Below the pieces are notes generated by a model that was not told where the DNA came from, did not search any database, and saw only the letters and a list, made by a program, of their open reading frames with translations. Positions 1-13,619 of a DNA stretch of 64,000 bases are shown here, piece after piece. A program made the translations under genes and the position numbers. The DNA lies in contig NC_057723.1 in NCBI RefSeq assembly GCF_004010195.1, positions 16,363,718 through 16,427,717 of the forward strand, written 5' to 3'. Positions within the stretch are counted from its first letter, which is position 1; each line of letters begins with the position of its first letter. This stretch comes from Chiloscyllium plagiosum. Lineage: Eukaryota.

Positions 1-1596
1 AGATCACATCTATCGCTCTGCCCTCATCAATCCTCTTTGTTACTTTTTCAAAAAACTCAGTCAAGTTTGTGAGACATGATTTCCCACACACAAAGCCATG
101 TTGACTATCCCTAATCAGTCCTTGCCTTTCCATCTTGTCCCTCAGGATGCCCTCCAACAATTTGTCCACCACTGACGTCAGGCTCACTGGTCTATAGTTC
201 CCTGGCTTGTCCTTACCACCCTTCTTAAACAATGGCACCATGTTAGCCAACCTCCAGTCTTCCAGCACCTCACCTGTGACTATTGATGATACAAATATCT
301 CAGCAAGAGACCCAGCAATCACTTCCCTAACTTCCCACAGAGGTCTAGGGTACACCTGATCAGGTCGCGGGGATTTATCCACTTTTATGGGTTTCAATAC
401 ATCCAGCACTTCTTCCTCTGTAATATGGACATTTTTCAAGATGTCACCATCTATTCCCCCACATTCTATATCTTCCATAATCTTTTCCACTGATGCAAAA
501 TACTCATTTTGTAATTCCCCATCTCCTGCAACTCCACACAAAGGCTGCCTTGCTGATCGTTGAGGAGCCCTATTCTCTCCCTAGTTACCTTTTTGTCCTT
601 AACATATTTGTAAAAGACCTTTGGATTCTCCTTAACTCTATTTGCCAAAGCTATCTCATGTCCCCTTTTTACTCTCCTGATTTCTGCCTTCAGTATACAC
701 CTATTGCCTTGATACTCTTCTGAGGATTCACTCGATCTATCCTGTCTATACCTTACATATGCTTCCTTCTTTTCCTTAACCAAACCCTCAATTTCTTTAG
801 TCATTCAGCATTCCCTCCACCTACCAGCATTTTCTTTCACCCTAACAGGGATGTATTGTCTCTGGACTCTCGTTATCTCATTTCTGAAGGCTTCCTATTT
901 TCCAGCTGTCCCTTTACCTGCGAACATCTGCCCCCAATCAGCTTTTGAAAGTTTTTGCCTAATACCATCAAAATAGGCCTTTCTCCAATTTAGAACTTGA
1001 ACTTTTAGATCTGGTCTATCCTTTTCCATCACTATTTTAAAACTAATAGAATTATGGTCGCCAGCCCCAAAGTGCTCCCCCACTGACAGCTCAGTCACCT
1101 GCCCTGCCTTATTTCCCAAGAGTAGGTCAAGTTTTGCGCCTTCTCTACTAGGTATATCCACATTCTGAATCAGAAAATGTTCTTGAACACACTTAACAAA
1201 ATCTCTATCTAAACCCTTAACACTATGGCAGTCCCAGTCTATGTCCCCATGTTAAAATCCCCTATCATAATTACCCTATTATTCTTACAGATAACTGAAG
1301 TCTCCTTACAAATTTGTTTCCCAATTTCCCTCTGGACTATTAGGTGGTGTATAATACAATCCCAATAAGGTGATCATCCCTGTCTTAGTTCTCAGTTCCA
1401 CCCAAATAACTTTCCTGGATGTATTTCTGGGAATATCCTCCCTCAGTACAGCTGTAATGATATACCTTATCAAAAATGCCACTCCCCCTCCTGTCTTGCT
1501 TTCCTTTCTGTCCTTTCTGTTGAATTTGTATCCTGGAACATTAAGCAGCCAGTCCTGTCCATCCTTGACTCATGCTTCTGTAATTGCTGTGATATC
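1..1596 (-). mobile_element. CR1/HER1-type LINE ORF2 fragment (APE endonuclease into RT), degenerate
   Basis: Minus-strand peptides DITAITEA*VKDGQDWLLNVPGY, SREGAKLDLLLGN...GDHNSISF, ALANRVKENPKVFYKYVK; runs off the window start. Confidence 0.9.
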
Positions 1597-1810
1597 TAAT
1601 AAGGTGAGGGGTGGGACCCAGGAGGAAAGAGATCAATCTGAGACTGGTACAGTTGAGAAAAGAAGTGAGTCAAACAGTCAGGGCAGGCATGGACAAAGCA
1701 GTAACAATGTAGAACTGATAAGCTAAACTGCGTTTATTTCAATGCAAGAGGCCTAACAGGGAAGGCAGATGAACTCAGGGCATGGTTCGGAATGTGGGAC
1801 TGGGATATCA
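1597..1810 (+). mobile_element. Inverted 5' segment of the same CR1 (ORF2 start)
   Basis: Plus-strand LNCVYFNARGLTGKADELRAWFGMWDWDI is directly continued by the minus-strand segment beginning at 1596. Confidence 0.85.
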
Positions 1811-1950
1811 TGTGAAATAAGATTGCGTGGCAAAGGCAACATTTGTAGTTTTGATGGAGAGTGCAATGGTGTTGAACATTCACTGGAGAAAGATGGTGGT
1901 ATTTTCAGATGGGCCTTACTGAGAGATTCATTGGTCAAGATATGAAGCAT

Positions 1951-2590
1951 AATCATAGAATCATACAGCACGGAAATAGACCCTTCAATCCAACCAGTCC
2001 ATGCCCATGATAATCCCAAATTAAACCAGTCCCACCTGCCTGCGCTTGGCCCATATCCCTCCAAACCTTTCTTATGCATGTACTCATCTTAATGTCTTTT
2101 AAACATTGTCACTGTACCTGCATCCACTATTTCCTCTGGAAGGTCATTCCACACACAAACCATACTCTGTGTAAAAAACTTGTCCCTCATGTCTTTTTTA
2201 AATATTTCTCCTCTCAAATTAACAATATGCCTCCTAATCTTACAAGTCCCCACCTTAGAAAAAAGACACCTGTCATTCACCTTATCTATACCCCTCATGA
2301 TAGTATAAACCTCTATAAGGTCACCTCTTAATCTCCTATAATCTAGTGAAAAAAGTCCCATCCTATCCACTTCTCCTTATAACTCAAGCCCTCCATTCCC
2401 AGCAAAATCTGGTAAATCCCTTCTGAACCTTCTGCAGCTTAATAATTTCCTTCCTATAACAGGGTGACTAGAACTGGACACTGTACTCCAAAAGAGGCCT
2501 CACCAACGTCTTGTACAATCTCAACATAAAATCCCAACTCCCATACTCAAAGGTCTGAGCAGTGCAGGCAAGTGTGCTAAATGCCTTCTG
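1951..2590 (-). mobile_element. CR1/HER1 LINE 3' end
   Basis: MGLFSLDYRRLRGDLIEVYTIMRG...FFTQSMVCVWNDLP, CR1 3' UTR and (ATTCTATG)-like tail. Confidence 0.9.
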
Positions 2591-3699
2591 TCCTCCACAA
2601 ACATACTAACCACGCTTTCTATATTTTCATCTAAACCATGTGACATCATACAAGTGACAAACGAGTAGTTGAGCCATATAGGTCAAGTGTCATTCTATAA
2701 CAAATTGGCAACATACAAATTATATAAAGTAATTCATATTGATCCATTTCTATGGGTGGGAAGGAAATCCAGGAAAATGGAGCAAATTTTGCACAACTGG
2801 ATCTCATTCATTTTCTCCCCTTGTTGGAGAATTAGATGGAATTTCTGCATCTGTGTATTCAAACAACTCACCATATTAACATAAAGCAAAGACAAATCCA
2901 GAGAAACATCACAATTTTGCAATAGGAATTAAAACTCTGGAACAAAAATAAAATTGAGAAGTATTTAAATCAAAACTTTGTACAGAGAGAAGGCAATGCA
3001 ATCTTTGTTTATGTCAATTCACGACTCATGAGTTTGAACTCATAACAGTTTAGCTGGATATGACATCACATTTATTGCTTGATTGGAGCTTGACATGCTT
3101 TGATCTGATTATTAAGATGAAGTCAGTGTGCCTTGACACATGAAAGAAGATCCAAGTGACTAACTCCAATATTCTGGCTGAAAAGCAGTCATTTATCTTT
3201 ACCTAGAACAGACATTGCATTAGTACTCTTTTATTAATCTCTGAATTAGATCCTCTCCATGGCTATTTGAATAATCCATCACATGGCAATATCATAATTT
3301 AAACTTTGACAGATACAGAATGTGCAGTTTCTCATAGTCACTGCTGTTGCTACCTTCATCCTGCTTAATGAGCTTTAACCATGAAATATGAATGGATTTT
3401 GCCTACAGGTATTCCAGTCCTAGAAAAATTTGGGACATAGCCAATTATATTATACACGCACAACAAATGCCATTTCTCTGCTCGGCCGTAAGCCAAAGAA
3501 CTAGACAGACTGTAGAACAAGCCCATTCTTGCAAAGAACACATTTCTGATAAAGCTACAACACAAACCAGATATACAGAGAGAAATGTCTACTTCGGTTA
3601 AGGTTACCTATGATCATCATTTAGAATTTAAGCCATGGCTGAATTTGTAGCCTCTTTTTTCTATCTCAAACAAATTCCACTTTCGTCACAGAGGGACCA

Positions 3700-3980
3700 A
3701 ACATCAAGTCTCAAATCCAGTACAGTATTGAGGAAACGCTGCACCACTGTAATCTTTTGGAAAACAAGTCTACTCCCTCAGTGGACACAAAAGGTTGTGT
3801 TGCCCTAATAGCAAAGGAGTTGGCCCCAGTGTCCTAGCCAATATTTATCCCTCAATCAATACCACCAAAACCGAACCAATGATGTTTCCTATATTACAAT
3901 AGCAACTACAAATCAAATGTACATCATTAGCTGTAGGGAGCTTTGAGACTTTGTGGAACCATGAAGGTGCAATCTAATTT
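3700..3980 (+). mobile_element. Old Deu-domain SINE (SacSINE1-like)
   Basis: gtgtcctagccaatatttatccctcaatcaa and tttcctatattacaatagcaactaca...cattagctgta...ctttgagac resemble the recalled DeuSINE core and L2-like tail. Confidence 0.65.
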
Positions 3981-4354
3981 AAATTTTCAAGTGGACGATA
4001 AGAATGAAAAATACTTAACTTTTGCTTAAGATTTCTTTTCTGTTTCTTCTTTCTCTTTTGAAACAATATTTCTGTCTCTTTATTTATTCTTCTCTCTATA
4101 CTTGATTTGCCTACAATTTTCTCTGTTTTCTTCTCAAGTTTGCATGTTTCTTTTTCAAACTCTGAACCTCGTTGATCCAAATTTTCCAGATGTTTGTTTC
4201 TGCAAAGTTTTGGTGGGAGTTGCATGTCAGGACCCCTCTCTAATCCCTGTCATAGCAGAGTCCGGTGAAGATTCTGCTGGCAATTCCCTTATGCCCGGAA
4301 CCCTCTGAAAGTTTCCATTTAAATTGGTGAATTGGGAAGCACCACTCAGGAAAG

Positions 4355-4470
4355 GCAAAAGTGAGGACTGCAGATGCTGGAGGTTAGAGTCAAGATTAGA
4401 GTGGTGCTGGAAATGCACAGCAAGTCAGGCAGCATCTGAGGAGCAGGAAAATCGAAGTTTCAGGCAGGAG
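4355..4470 (-). mobile_element. Penelope-like terminal repeat fragment
   Basis: aaagtgaggactgcagatgctgg...gcagcatctgaggagcagg, the recurrent PLE-end sequence of this window. Confidence 0.7.
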
Positions 4471-4973
4471 CTTCCTGCTGAGTCCTACATGTGACTCCAA
4501 AACCACAGCAATGTGGTTGACATTTAACAGTCCTCTGGGCAATTAACAATGGGTAATAAATGCTGGCCTTGCCAGTGATGCCTATATCCCATGAATACAT
4601 TTTTTAAAAGGACATAATCACCCTCCCCTTGCTTTGAACCTAAAATCCTTTCCCTTGAACCAGACCACACTGCTCCCAATGCAGGCCTGCAAGCCCCTTA
4701 CTGTCCTCCTGGACCCGACATTGATACAGCTCACTGTTCCAAGACCCTGCACTATTCCCCCATGCCATTCCCTGGGACCCAACACTCCCCCCATAGTCCC
4801 TCCTTTACTGGACCGATGCCTCTCCATCATTTACCTGCTCCTCTGCCACCATGTACCATTGCACCCTACTTATGTGGCATCCTAACAAACTAGACACCAA
4901 CTCATGGCATTGTATCTGCTACCAACTGGCACCTTACCCACTACACAATTGGCACCCTTCCCACCTAGCACTG

Positions 4974-5011
4974 GATTCCTGAAGAAGGGCTTATGCCCGA
5001 AACGTCGATTC
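4974..5011 (+). ncRNA. Minimal hammerhead ribozyme motif in PLE terminus
   Basis: gattc-CTGAAGA-A-GGGC-ttat-GCCC-GAA-ACGT-C-gattc: intact core, 4-bp stem II, GUC cleavage triplet, stem I with one mismatch. Confidence 0.75.
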
Positions 5012-5814
5012 TCCTGTTCCCTGGATGCTGCCCGATCTGCTGCGCTGTTCCAGCAACACATTTTCAGCTCTGTACTCCTACCCACCTGTTATCCCAGGAC
5101 CCTAAACTCACCCTAACCTATTGCACTTACCTTTGTCAGCAGCTGTCAAAGCGACTGCTTGGGACTCTGGACCTTTCAACTGATTGCTGTGAATACAGGG
5201 ATATGGTTTACCTTCCCTGAGATATCCCACATCCCTACATTACTAGCGAGACACAAGAAACTTTTTCTCTCTCTCTGAAATGCTGCTGGCCCACTTATAC
5301 AACCAACCACTAACTATTCAACTGTAGAATCCACCACAGCTATTGAATACAATTTCAAATTCTACACCTATTGATTCAGAAAGATAAACTTCAAGAAGGA
5401 GCAGGTCTGCAACAGCCTTAGAGACTGCTCTTACTTTCACTGTATTAAAATATTTCATTGTTAGTACTTTAAAATTTGTATATGTATTCTTGACCAATAA
5501 AATTTTCACTTTTTCATGAATAACTACATGGTAGTTTTGCAATAAATTAACTGTTATCCTGTTTAAGACAAAAGCATTCCTATTGGTTATCACAGATTGA
5601 ATCACAAACCACTAAATGGGCCCTATATATCAGTTTATAAAAGTGTTATTTTTTAGACTACTCTGAGCACATGTCTGGTGTGCTCATGACAATTAGCTTG
5701 TATGGATCCATTATTATTTGCAGTAAAAATGAGTTTAGATACTAAATCTCCCTGTGTAACTTGTGAATCTGAATCCTGGTTTCATTATTGCTCTAATCTC
5801 TAACTCTAATATAT

Positions 5815-6944
5815 GTGAACATAGGTACTTGGAGTAGGCCATTCAGCCCCTCCACCATTCATTAAGATGATGGTTGATCTGTGACCTAATTTCGACACAT
5901 ATCCCTTGATACCTTGCTTAATAAAAATGTATCTATCTCAGGTTTAAATTTTACAATTGAAATAACATCAGCCACCATTTGAGGAAGTGAGTTCCAAATA
6001 TCCACTGATCTATGCATGTAGAAGTGCTTTCTAACATCTCTGGTGAATGGTCTGGTCCTAATTCTCAGACAACGTCCCCGATTGTAAAATCTACAACCAG
6101 TGGAAATAGTTTATCTTTACCTACCTTTCCCTGTTAATATCCCAAAATCTCATTTAGAACATCCTTTAACCTTCTAAATTCTAGAGTACAAAGGCTTAAA
6201 GTTTTGTAATCTTTCATTATAACATAACCCCTGAAGTGAGCTATCATCTTTGTAAAGCTGTGTTGAATTCTCTCCAGGGCCAAGCATCCTTCTTGAGATG
6301 TGGTGCCTAGATCTGCTCACAGTACTCTAACTGGAGTCTAACTAGGGTTTTGAATAACTGTAGCATAACATCTGAATACTAATACTCCAGCCCTTTAGGT
6401 ATGAAGACCAGCATTCCATTAGCCTTCTTGATTACTTTCTGCACCTGTTCATGGCATTTTAAACAGCTATGTACCTGAGCTGTCAAATCTCATCGGACAT
6501 CCACTATATTAAATTTCTGCCTTCTAAAACAGAACATGATCTATACTTTTTCCATCTGAAATGGATAACCTCATGCTTGCTTATAATAAAATCCATCTGC
6601 CACAACTTTGCCCATTTACCTAATTTATCTATATCCTGTTGTAATTTTATCCTGTCATTATCACAGTCTATGATGCTGCCCAATTTGGTGAAATAAGCAA
6701 ATGTACATATTTGATTTTTTTTGTGATTATCCTGGTTGTTATTAAATATTGTGAATTACTAAAACCCCAATACAAATTTATGTGTGACACCACATCCTGC
6801 TGATTTGAATACTCACCCATTATTCCAACTCTCTGGTTGTTGCTATTCAGTTTCCTATCCATGTCAGTAATTTGCCCTCAATTCTGTGGGCTTCCACGTT
6901 TGCTAACAATCTCTTGTGTGGAACTTTATCAAAAGCCATCTGAA
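5815..6944 (-). mobile_element. CR1 LINE, 3' part (host of L1 insertion)
   Basis: AFDKVPHKRLLANVEAHRIEGKLLTWI RT motif and CR1 3' UTR; sequence resumes after 11547. Confidence 0.85.
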
Positions 6945-9900
6945 GGGGAATCCAAGATGGCGGTGAGCTGAAAGGTCTGCTCTGCTGAGCTCTGCATCTC
7001 AGTTCATGAAAAGTAGCACTTTCACCATCCCCACCTGTTATTTTTGTGAAACTCAGCATTTAAAGGGCTATAGAATCTATACAATTTTTTTTACAAAGTA
7101 TATTCTATTAAAGGAATATGTCAAAAGGTAAAGGCTCAAGTAAGTCCCAACACATGGGACCCTCACTAGAGACATCGGACATGCTGCAGCCCCCCCATGA
7201 GTCTGTCAGAGTCACTCACTCATCAGGCCCTGGCTGCAGAGTTTACAAAACTACGAGAAATGATCGAGTTGTCGATTGAGGAGATTTTCCGCGGCAGACT
7301 TGACCCAATCTCAACCACACTCCACAAGCACAAGGAGCAGCTGGAAGGCCTTGGATGCTGAACGGAGGAGGTCAAATGAAGGACCACAGTTTCGGAGACC
7401 ACGATCGACTCTTCAAAAGAATGGATTCAAGCCCTCGAGAAGCAGGTCCTTGGTTTACTAGAATAAGTCAACCGCATCGAAAATCAGGTAGACAAAAGAA
7501 TCTTCGTACTGTAGGGCTGCTGGAGGGAGCAGAAGGCTAAAGCCAGTGAGTTTCTTTGAGAGCTGGCTGCCGTGAATTCTTGGCTTGGAGGTTGCATTGG
7601 GCCAGGTGAAAGATGAGAAGACCAATCAGGTCGCGGTGAGTAGTCCGGTTCGGACCAGTACCATCGTGCAGTCCTAGTGCAACGCCACACTTACACAGAC
7701 AAAATTGAAGTTATGGAAGTCTCAAGAATGAAGGGGAAAGGATCCACAGGCATTAACTCACGAAGGTTCCAGGATAATGTTCTTCCAGGACTTTTCTGCA
7801 GCTGTGATTCATAAAAGGAAGTCCTTTGATGAAGCCAAGAGAAGACTGAGAGACCTTGGTGTTCAATATTCCTTGAGGTATTTGGTGGGTTTTCGTTTCA
7901 CTTATGATGGGTCTGTGCACTCATTTAACTCTTCAGAAAAAGTTAAAAGCTTTTTGGACTCTTTAAAATAGACTGGATGACTTAAAGGATGTGAAAAATA
8001 GTGGGGGGTTTTCTTTTCTCTTTTTCCTTTTCTTACAGAAAGTGTTGCTTTTTTTTTCAGATATCAATAGGTGTTAATGTATATTTGGGGATGTGTAGAG
8101 TGTCTGCATTTGATTTCCAATTCATTTTTTATTCTTTCCTTTTTTGGCTTGGGTCTGGGATGTGGCTCAAACTGGAAGGAGTTATGAAGGTGTTTTTGAG
8201 ATATGTGGTAGAGCCCTTCACTAAATGCCTTATATTTGGTTTAGTTTGTTGGTTTTTTATGTATATGTAGTTACTAATAGATTAGTTTTAGTAGTTTTGG
8301 GTTATGTTTCTTTTAGGCTACATGAGTCTTTTTTTGTTTATGCCCAGCAATTGCGAAGTCGAACTCTTCCTTTTTGGAATTCAGATCTTGTTGTCCTCAA
8401 ATGGTGTACCTGGAATATTAGAGGGAGCCATTCGCCAGTTAAGAGGAAAAAGTTGCTTTCTGGTCTCAGAAAGAAGAGCGTGGACATTATCCTTTTGCAG
8501 AAGAATCACCTTGATGATAGGAACTTCTGAAATTGCTGCAGAGTGCATTTGATCGGGTGTATTTCTCCTCTTTCAACACTAGGAATAGGGGAGTGGCCAT
8601 ACTTATTAGGAAGAATCTTCCATTTATGTTGCTAGAGCAGATTAAAGCTGAGTTATGGGCATTTTGTCATTCTTAAAGTCTCAGTACATGGAGAAGAGTA
8701 TGGTATTTTGAATGTTCATTGTCGCCTGGCACATCTCCTTAAATTTTTGATAGTTGCATTCTCCAAACTGACAACTCTTGCACCATGGCAGATTATTATA
8801 GGAGGAGACTTTAATTGCCTTATGGATCCCATGGTGGATAGAATGTCTAGAGGCCCCTCAACCCCTTCTTTACAATTTAACAGCTAGTGGACTTACGTGT
8901 GGAATTGAAATTGATGGATGTTTGAAGGAGACTCCACCCCAAGGATAGGGACTTTATCTTTTTTTCTAATATGCACAAGTGTCATACAAGGATTGATCTT
9001 TTCCTAACCCTTGCTTTATTCTGGGATCAGTAACATCTTGTACAATTGGAAATATTACTAATTCTGACCACGCTGCAGTATATTTAGAGATTGAGGTTAA
9101 GGGCAATGTTATTGGCTCTCAGCACTGGCGAATGGATCCCTTTTATTTTAAGATCAGTAAGTTCATCAAATATTCCTTTAATGAATTTAAGGCCTTTTTA
9201 GCCACCAATTCAGATATGGCCAGTTACCCATCTATTCTTTGGGAGACTGCTAAGGCTTATGCCATGAGGATAATTATTTCCTATTCTGCCAGTTGGAAAC
9301 AACAAAAGGGGGAATAGCAACACCTGCTTGAGGCGTGGCTAAAGACAGCCGAGAAGGCATAATTTAAAAGGCCATTGATGGTTAAGCTGCAGCGGGTTAC
9401 AGCTCTTCGGTCCATCTTGAAATCCATGCTCACACAGACAGCAAGGAAGGAACTTGCTTTTGCGAAACAAAGACTGTTCGAGTATGGTGACAAGCCGAGC
9501 AGGTATCTAGCATATCCTGCCAGGAGAAAGAATGCTTCTCAATCCATTACCTCAATTAGGGATGGGACTGAGATGATCACTTGCGATTCTAAAAAGATCA
9601 ATGCTGCATTTCAGAAATTTTACTTTGAACTATACTAGTCTGAAGGTTCTGAGAGTGGATGGGCTAAGATGGAGTCCTTCTTTAAGAACCTGGATCTTCC
9701 AGGTGTTACCTCCAAACAAGTGATTTTTCCTTAATGTCCCTTTAACAGAGCAAGGGGGACAAGAGGCATCTTTTTTATTCCTGTCTTTGATCAGTTGTTT
9801 AAGGCCAATTCTGCCCATTTACTTGACAGGATTAAGCAAGATCTTCAGCAATGAGAGGCGCTTCCAATATCCTGGCTAGGCCAGGTAGATCTTGGTAAAA

Positions 9901-11546
9901 TGAATGTCTTTCCCTGTTTGCTATACCCAACACAAATGTTCCCTTTAATTTTTCCTGGGAAAACATTCTGGAGTCTTAATGGTTGCTTTAGTTCCTTCAT
10001 CTGGTGGCGTGGGCAGCCTCTTATTAAGCTGGCTAAATTGCAGTTGCCCTATGGGTTGGGCTGAGTGTACCTCCCAGATATTAAAAGATATCAACTAAGT
10101 TCCCTTTTATCTTTTGTTAGTGACTGGACTTGTGAGGATCTGGCGTCAATATGGCCAGATATTGAGACCTTCAAGGCAAAATGTCCCCTCATTAGCCTGT
10201 TGTTTTTAGATAAAATGAAGACAGTTACAGAATATTGTTGTAATGTGATGATTATTAATACTGTCAAGCATGGAAGGCAATGCAGCAGAGTGAGGGTAAC
10301 ATATCCAAAATGTCTTTTCTTATCCCTATAGTTGATATGCCGGGTTTTCAGCCAAGGATAATGGACCCCGCATTTAAGCTTTGGGCAGCTAGGCGATCTC
10401 CTGTTTGGGTGATTTATTTGAAGGTGAAATGATGATGTCCTGCAACCAAATAACCCATAAGTATGGTTTAGCTGGCAGAGACCTTTTTCGTTTTTTCAGG
10501 TCAGGGATTTTATTCAAAAAGGGACCACACTTTTGACCGACTCATCATGGAAAAGAGGGTGCTTCATGTTAAAAGTACTCTCTCTGCTCATACTCTTTAT
10601 CAGGCATTAGGGGGTGATCTTTCAGAAGACGTTGAGCAGATTTGTGGGGTCTGGGAGAAAGAGGTAGAGTTTGAGATCTCTGCTGAGACATAGGAAGATA
10701 TTTGCGAAAATGCGAGAAAGATTTCAATCTGTAATAAGACCCAGATTCTGCACAGGGCCCATTTGGCCCCAGACCATCTCGCAAAATGTAAGGTGGGAGT
10801 ATCATCATTCCATCGTAAGTATAAAACAAATGCTGGTGCTCTCACTCATTGTCAGTGGTCTTGCTGCAGGCTCTGTACATATTGGAGTGCTGTGACAGGG
10901 GTAATAGAGAGGGTCTTGGGGATCGAAGTTAAGAGGGACCCAATTTCTCTCTTCTCTTGGTTCTAATCAGTGTATCGTCTTTAGACGCGCAAGGGAAAAG
11001 ACTATTTAATATTCTCACTTTTTTGTGCGAGGAAAACTATTTTGATGTGTTGGGTCTCTGAAAACCCCCTGGGTCTGTTGGGTCAGTGTAGGCCACTCAT
11101 GGCACATATTCCTTTGGACTTTCTCATGAATATGGTACACCGAAAACCTGAAAATCTTTGTAATATCTTTTTGGATTATCTGGATGTAGATTTATCTGCC
11201 ATCTTAACCAGGGCTTTTGTGTAGCCATGACAATCTGATTTATTGAACTTGTTGCCCTTAAAGGAAGAATTTCGAATAAATTCATGTGTAATACTCAATG
11301 CTTTCAGAAATAAGGAGCTAATGTTTCGTTGTGCGGAGCAGTTTTATTTATTTATTTCTTTTATTTATTGCCTTTACTGATTTGTTCATCTTGCACATGA
11401 GTATAGCTATGTTTTGTTTGCTTTGTTGTTTCTTGGTTTTTTTTTGTTTTATATACATAGAGTAGTGTTTTTTGTTGGTTTATTGTTGTAATTCTGTAAT
11501 TTTATTTTTAAAAAGTTATCTTTCACTAAAAATATCTATTAAAAAA
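6945..11546 (+). mobile_element. L1-clade LINE with both ends present, pseudogenised, RT core deleted
   Basis: 5' GGGGAATCCAAGATGGCGG; ORF1 remnant (FFQDFSAAVIHKRKSFDEAKRRL); T-rich spacer; EN motifs TWNIRG, IIGGDFN, SDHAAV; LFEYGDK; A-rich tail; TSD gccatctg at 6935-6942 and 11548-11555. Confidence 0.92.
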
Positions 11547-12110
11547 GGCCATCTGGAAATCCATATATTCAACATGCATTAGTTTACTTCTGACCAACCC
11601 TTCATGGACCCATGCTGACTCTCCCTGATTGACTGAAATTTTTATAGATGATCAGTTACCCTATCCTTTATTATAGACTCAATATTTCCCCACCACAGAT
11701 GTCAGACTGATTGATCTGTAATTCCCTGATTTCCTTATGTCACCTTTCTTAAAGAGCAGAGTGACATGAGCAAATTTCCAAACCAGAGATCCAACTCCTG
11801 AATCCAAGGAGCACTGAAAGATTGTCGTTAGGGAATTGGCAATGTGCTCTCCTACCTCCTTTAATGCCCATGGTTGGAAAGATTTGTCACTCTTTACTTC
11901 CATTAATTTCTCCATTATTGATGATTAATTTAAGCTAGTTTTATTTAGACCCTGTACCAGATCCTCTGTCAATTTCTTTGGGACTTCTGGCAAATTATCG
12001 TCCTTTTCTGCTGTGAATACTGAAGCAAATTATCATTCAGCATGTCTGCCATTTCCCTGTGGTCATTGACAATATCCCTACTCTCAGCCTTCAGTGGCCA
12101 ATAATACTCT
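11547..12110 (-). mobile_element. CR1 LINE, continuation upstream of the L1 insertion
   Basis: WKFAHVTLLFKKGDIRKSGNYRSISLTSVVGK RT N-terminal motif. Confidence 0.85.
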
Positions 12111-13619
12111 TAACCAGGTAATACAACAAGGTAGAGACATTTATACGTGACAGACCAACAGAGCAGATTGTAGAACTGAAGAACAAAAATAATCTGGGAT
12201 ATATTTTTAAGGTGCAGATTTGTGCTATTCTTTTTGTCTGCCTCATATTGCAGGATGCCAGAGAAAGCCCAGGGCTTTGTTTCCTTGGGATAAATAAATA
12301 TCACACATTTTCAGTAACGATTCTTTGCCACACCATGTAATAGAGTACTTCATGTCTGACAGAGTAATCTTTGCCTTTATACAACTGAGATGACAAAAAA
12401 CACTCAAATCCAAGTGGCACTGAATGACTATCAATCTCATTTTTTGTTTGTTCTATTGTCACTTGCTGTTTCACTTGTTTAACTTCTTAACAAAAGAGTT
12501 AGATTATCATAAGTGAGAAAACCAATACTAGGAAACAGGACACCTCTAAGCATCCATATTAAAGTAACTTGAGCAAAAGGCATTTTCTGATCTTTAAATA
12601 ATTCAGGTTTTGAGGGTCATGCAAACGTATGAACACACAAATTCAAAACAGAACAGTACCTTCCTAAAATGTTAAGAAATAGAATAATACTTACAGAAAC
12701 ATAGACCAACAGAGCCTAAGCAAGAGCAGGTAGACAGATAAAGATAGATGGACCATAATATGATATGGCATTATAACTTCTTTATTGTTCTTTGCATTTT
12801 AATAAATGAAATTAGTTTTACATCTTTTCATTTATATTTTCTTAGCACCCTTTCTTCCACAGTAAACACCTAGAACAATCACCAATGTTAATTTACCAAT
12901 TAACAACTTCTCATGTTATTTATGAGAGAAATCCAGAAGCTCATCAAGATTTTGGACTGACTGTTAAGCATATTTCCTAAGTATAGAATTTCATGCACGT
13001 ACAAAGCATTTCTGGGTTTTTGTGTTGAGAAACCAGGATTTTCTACTGCATTGCAGCACTGTGGTTTCGATTCAAAGAATCTTCACAAATGGTGCTCAAG
13101 TTTGCATGATACAGTGTAAATAATTGTATTGCATTTTCATGGAGCATTCCAGCACAGACCCACAGTAATTAATATCCTCATTAATTCACTCTCTATTGTG
13201 TAGGCTAGTGTGACATTACATGAATTTCGTCTCACCCTGGTCATAGTATAGATAGAGAATTTACATTCAAGTATAGGTACAGAACACAGAGCTATAATTT
13301 AGGCAGTTTCACCTAAACATTCCTACATTTATTTTGGGGTTTGTAGGAAGCATGTTTAGAATTTCAACACATTTAACAAGCAAAAGATATAAATAAATGT
13401 CGTACAAAATAAAAAGTCATTATTAAGCTCTTTTTGTTTTCATTCATTGTTATATTGAACTTTAGGTCATTGACAATATTCAGGTTCACAGATTAATGAA
13501 AGGACAGGCTAACCAGTTTTATTATTTAAAGTAATCAAGCAATGACATGCGTAAACTTCACACAAGATTATTAAAATGCTTCTTGATAAGGTCATTTCAG
13601 AAGACAATGACAACTGACC

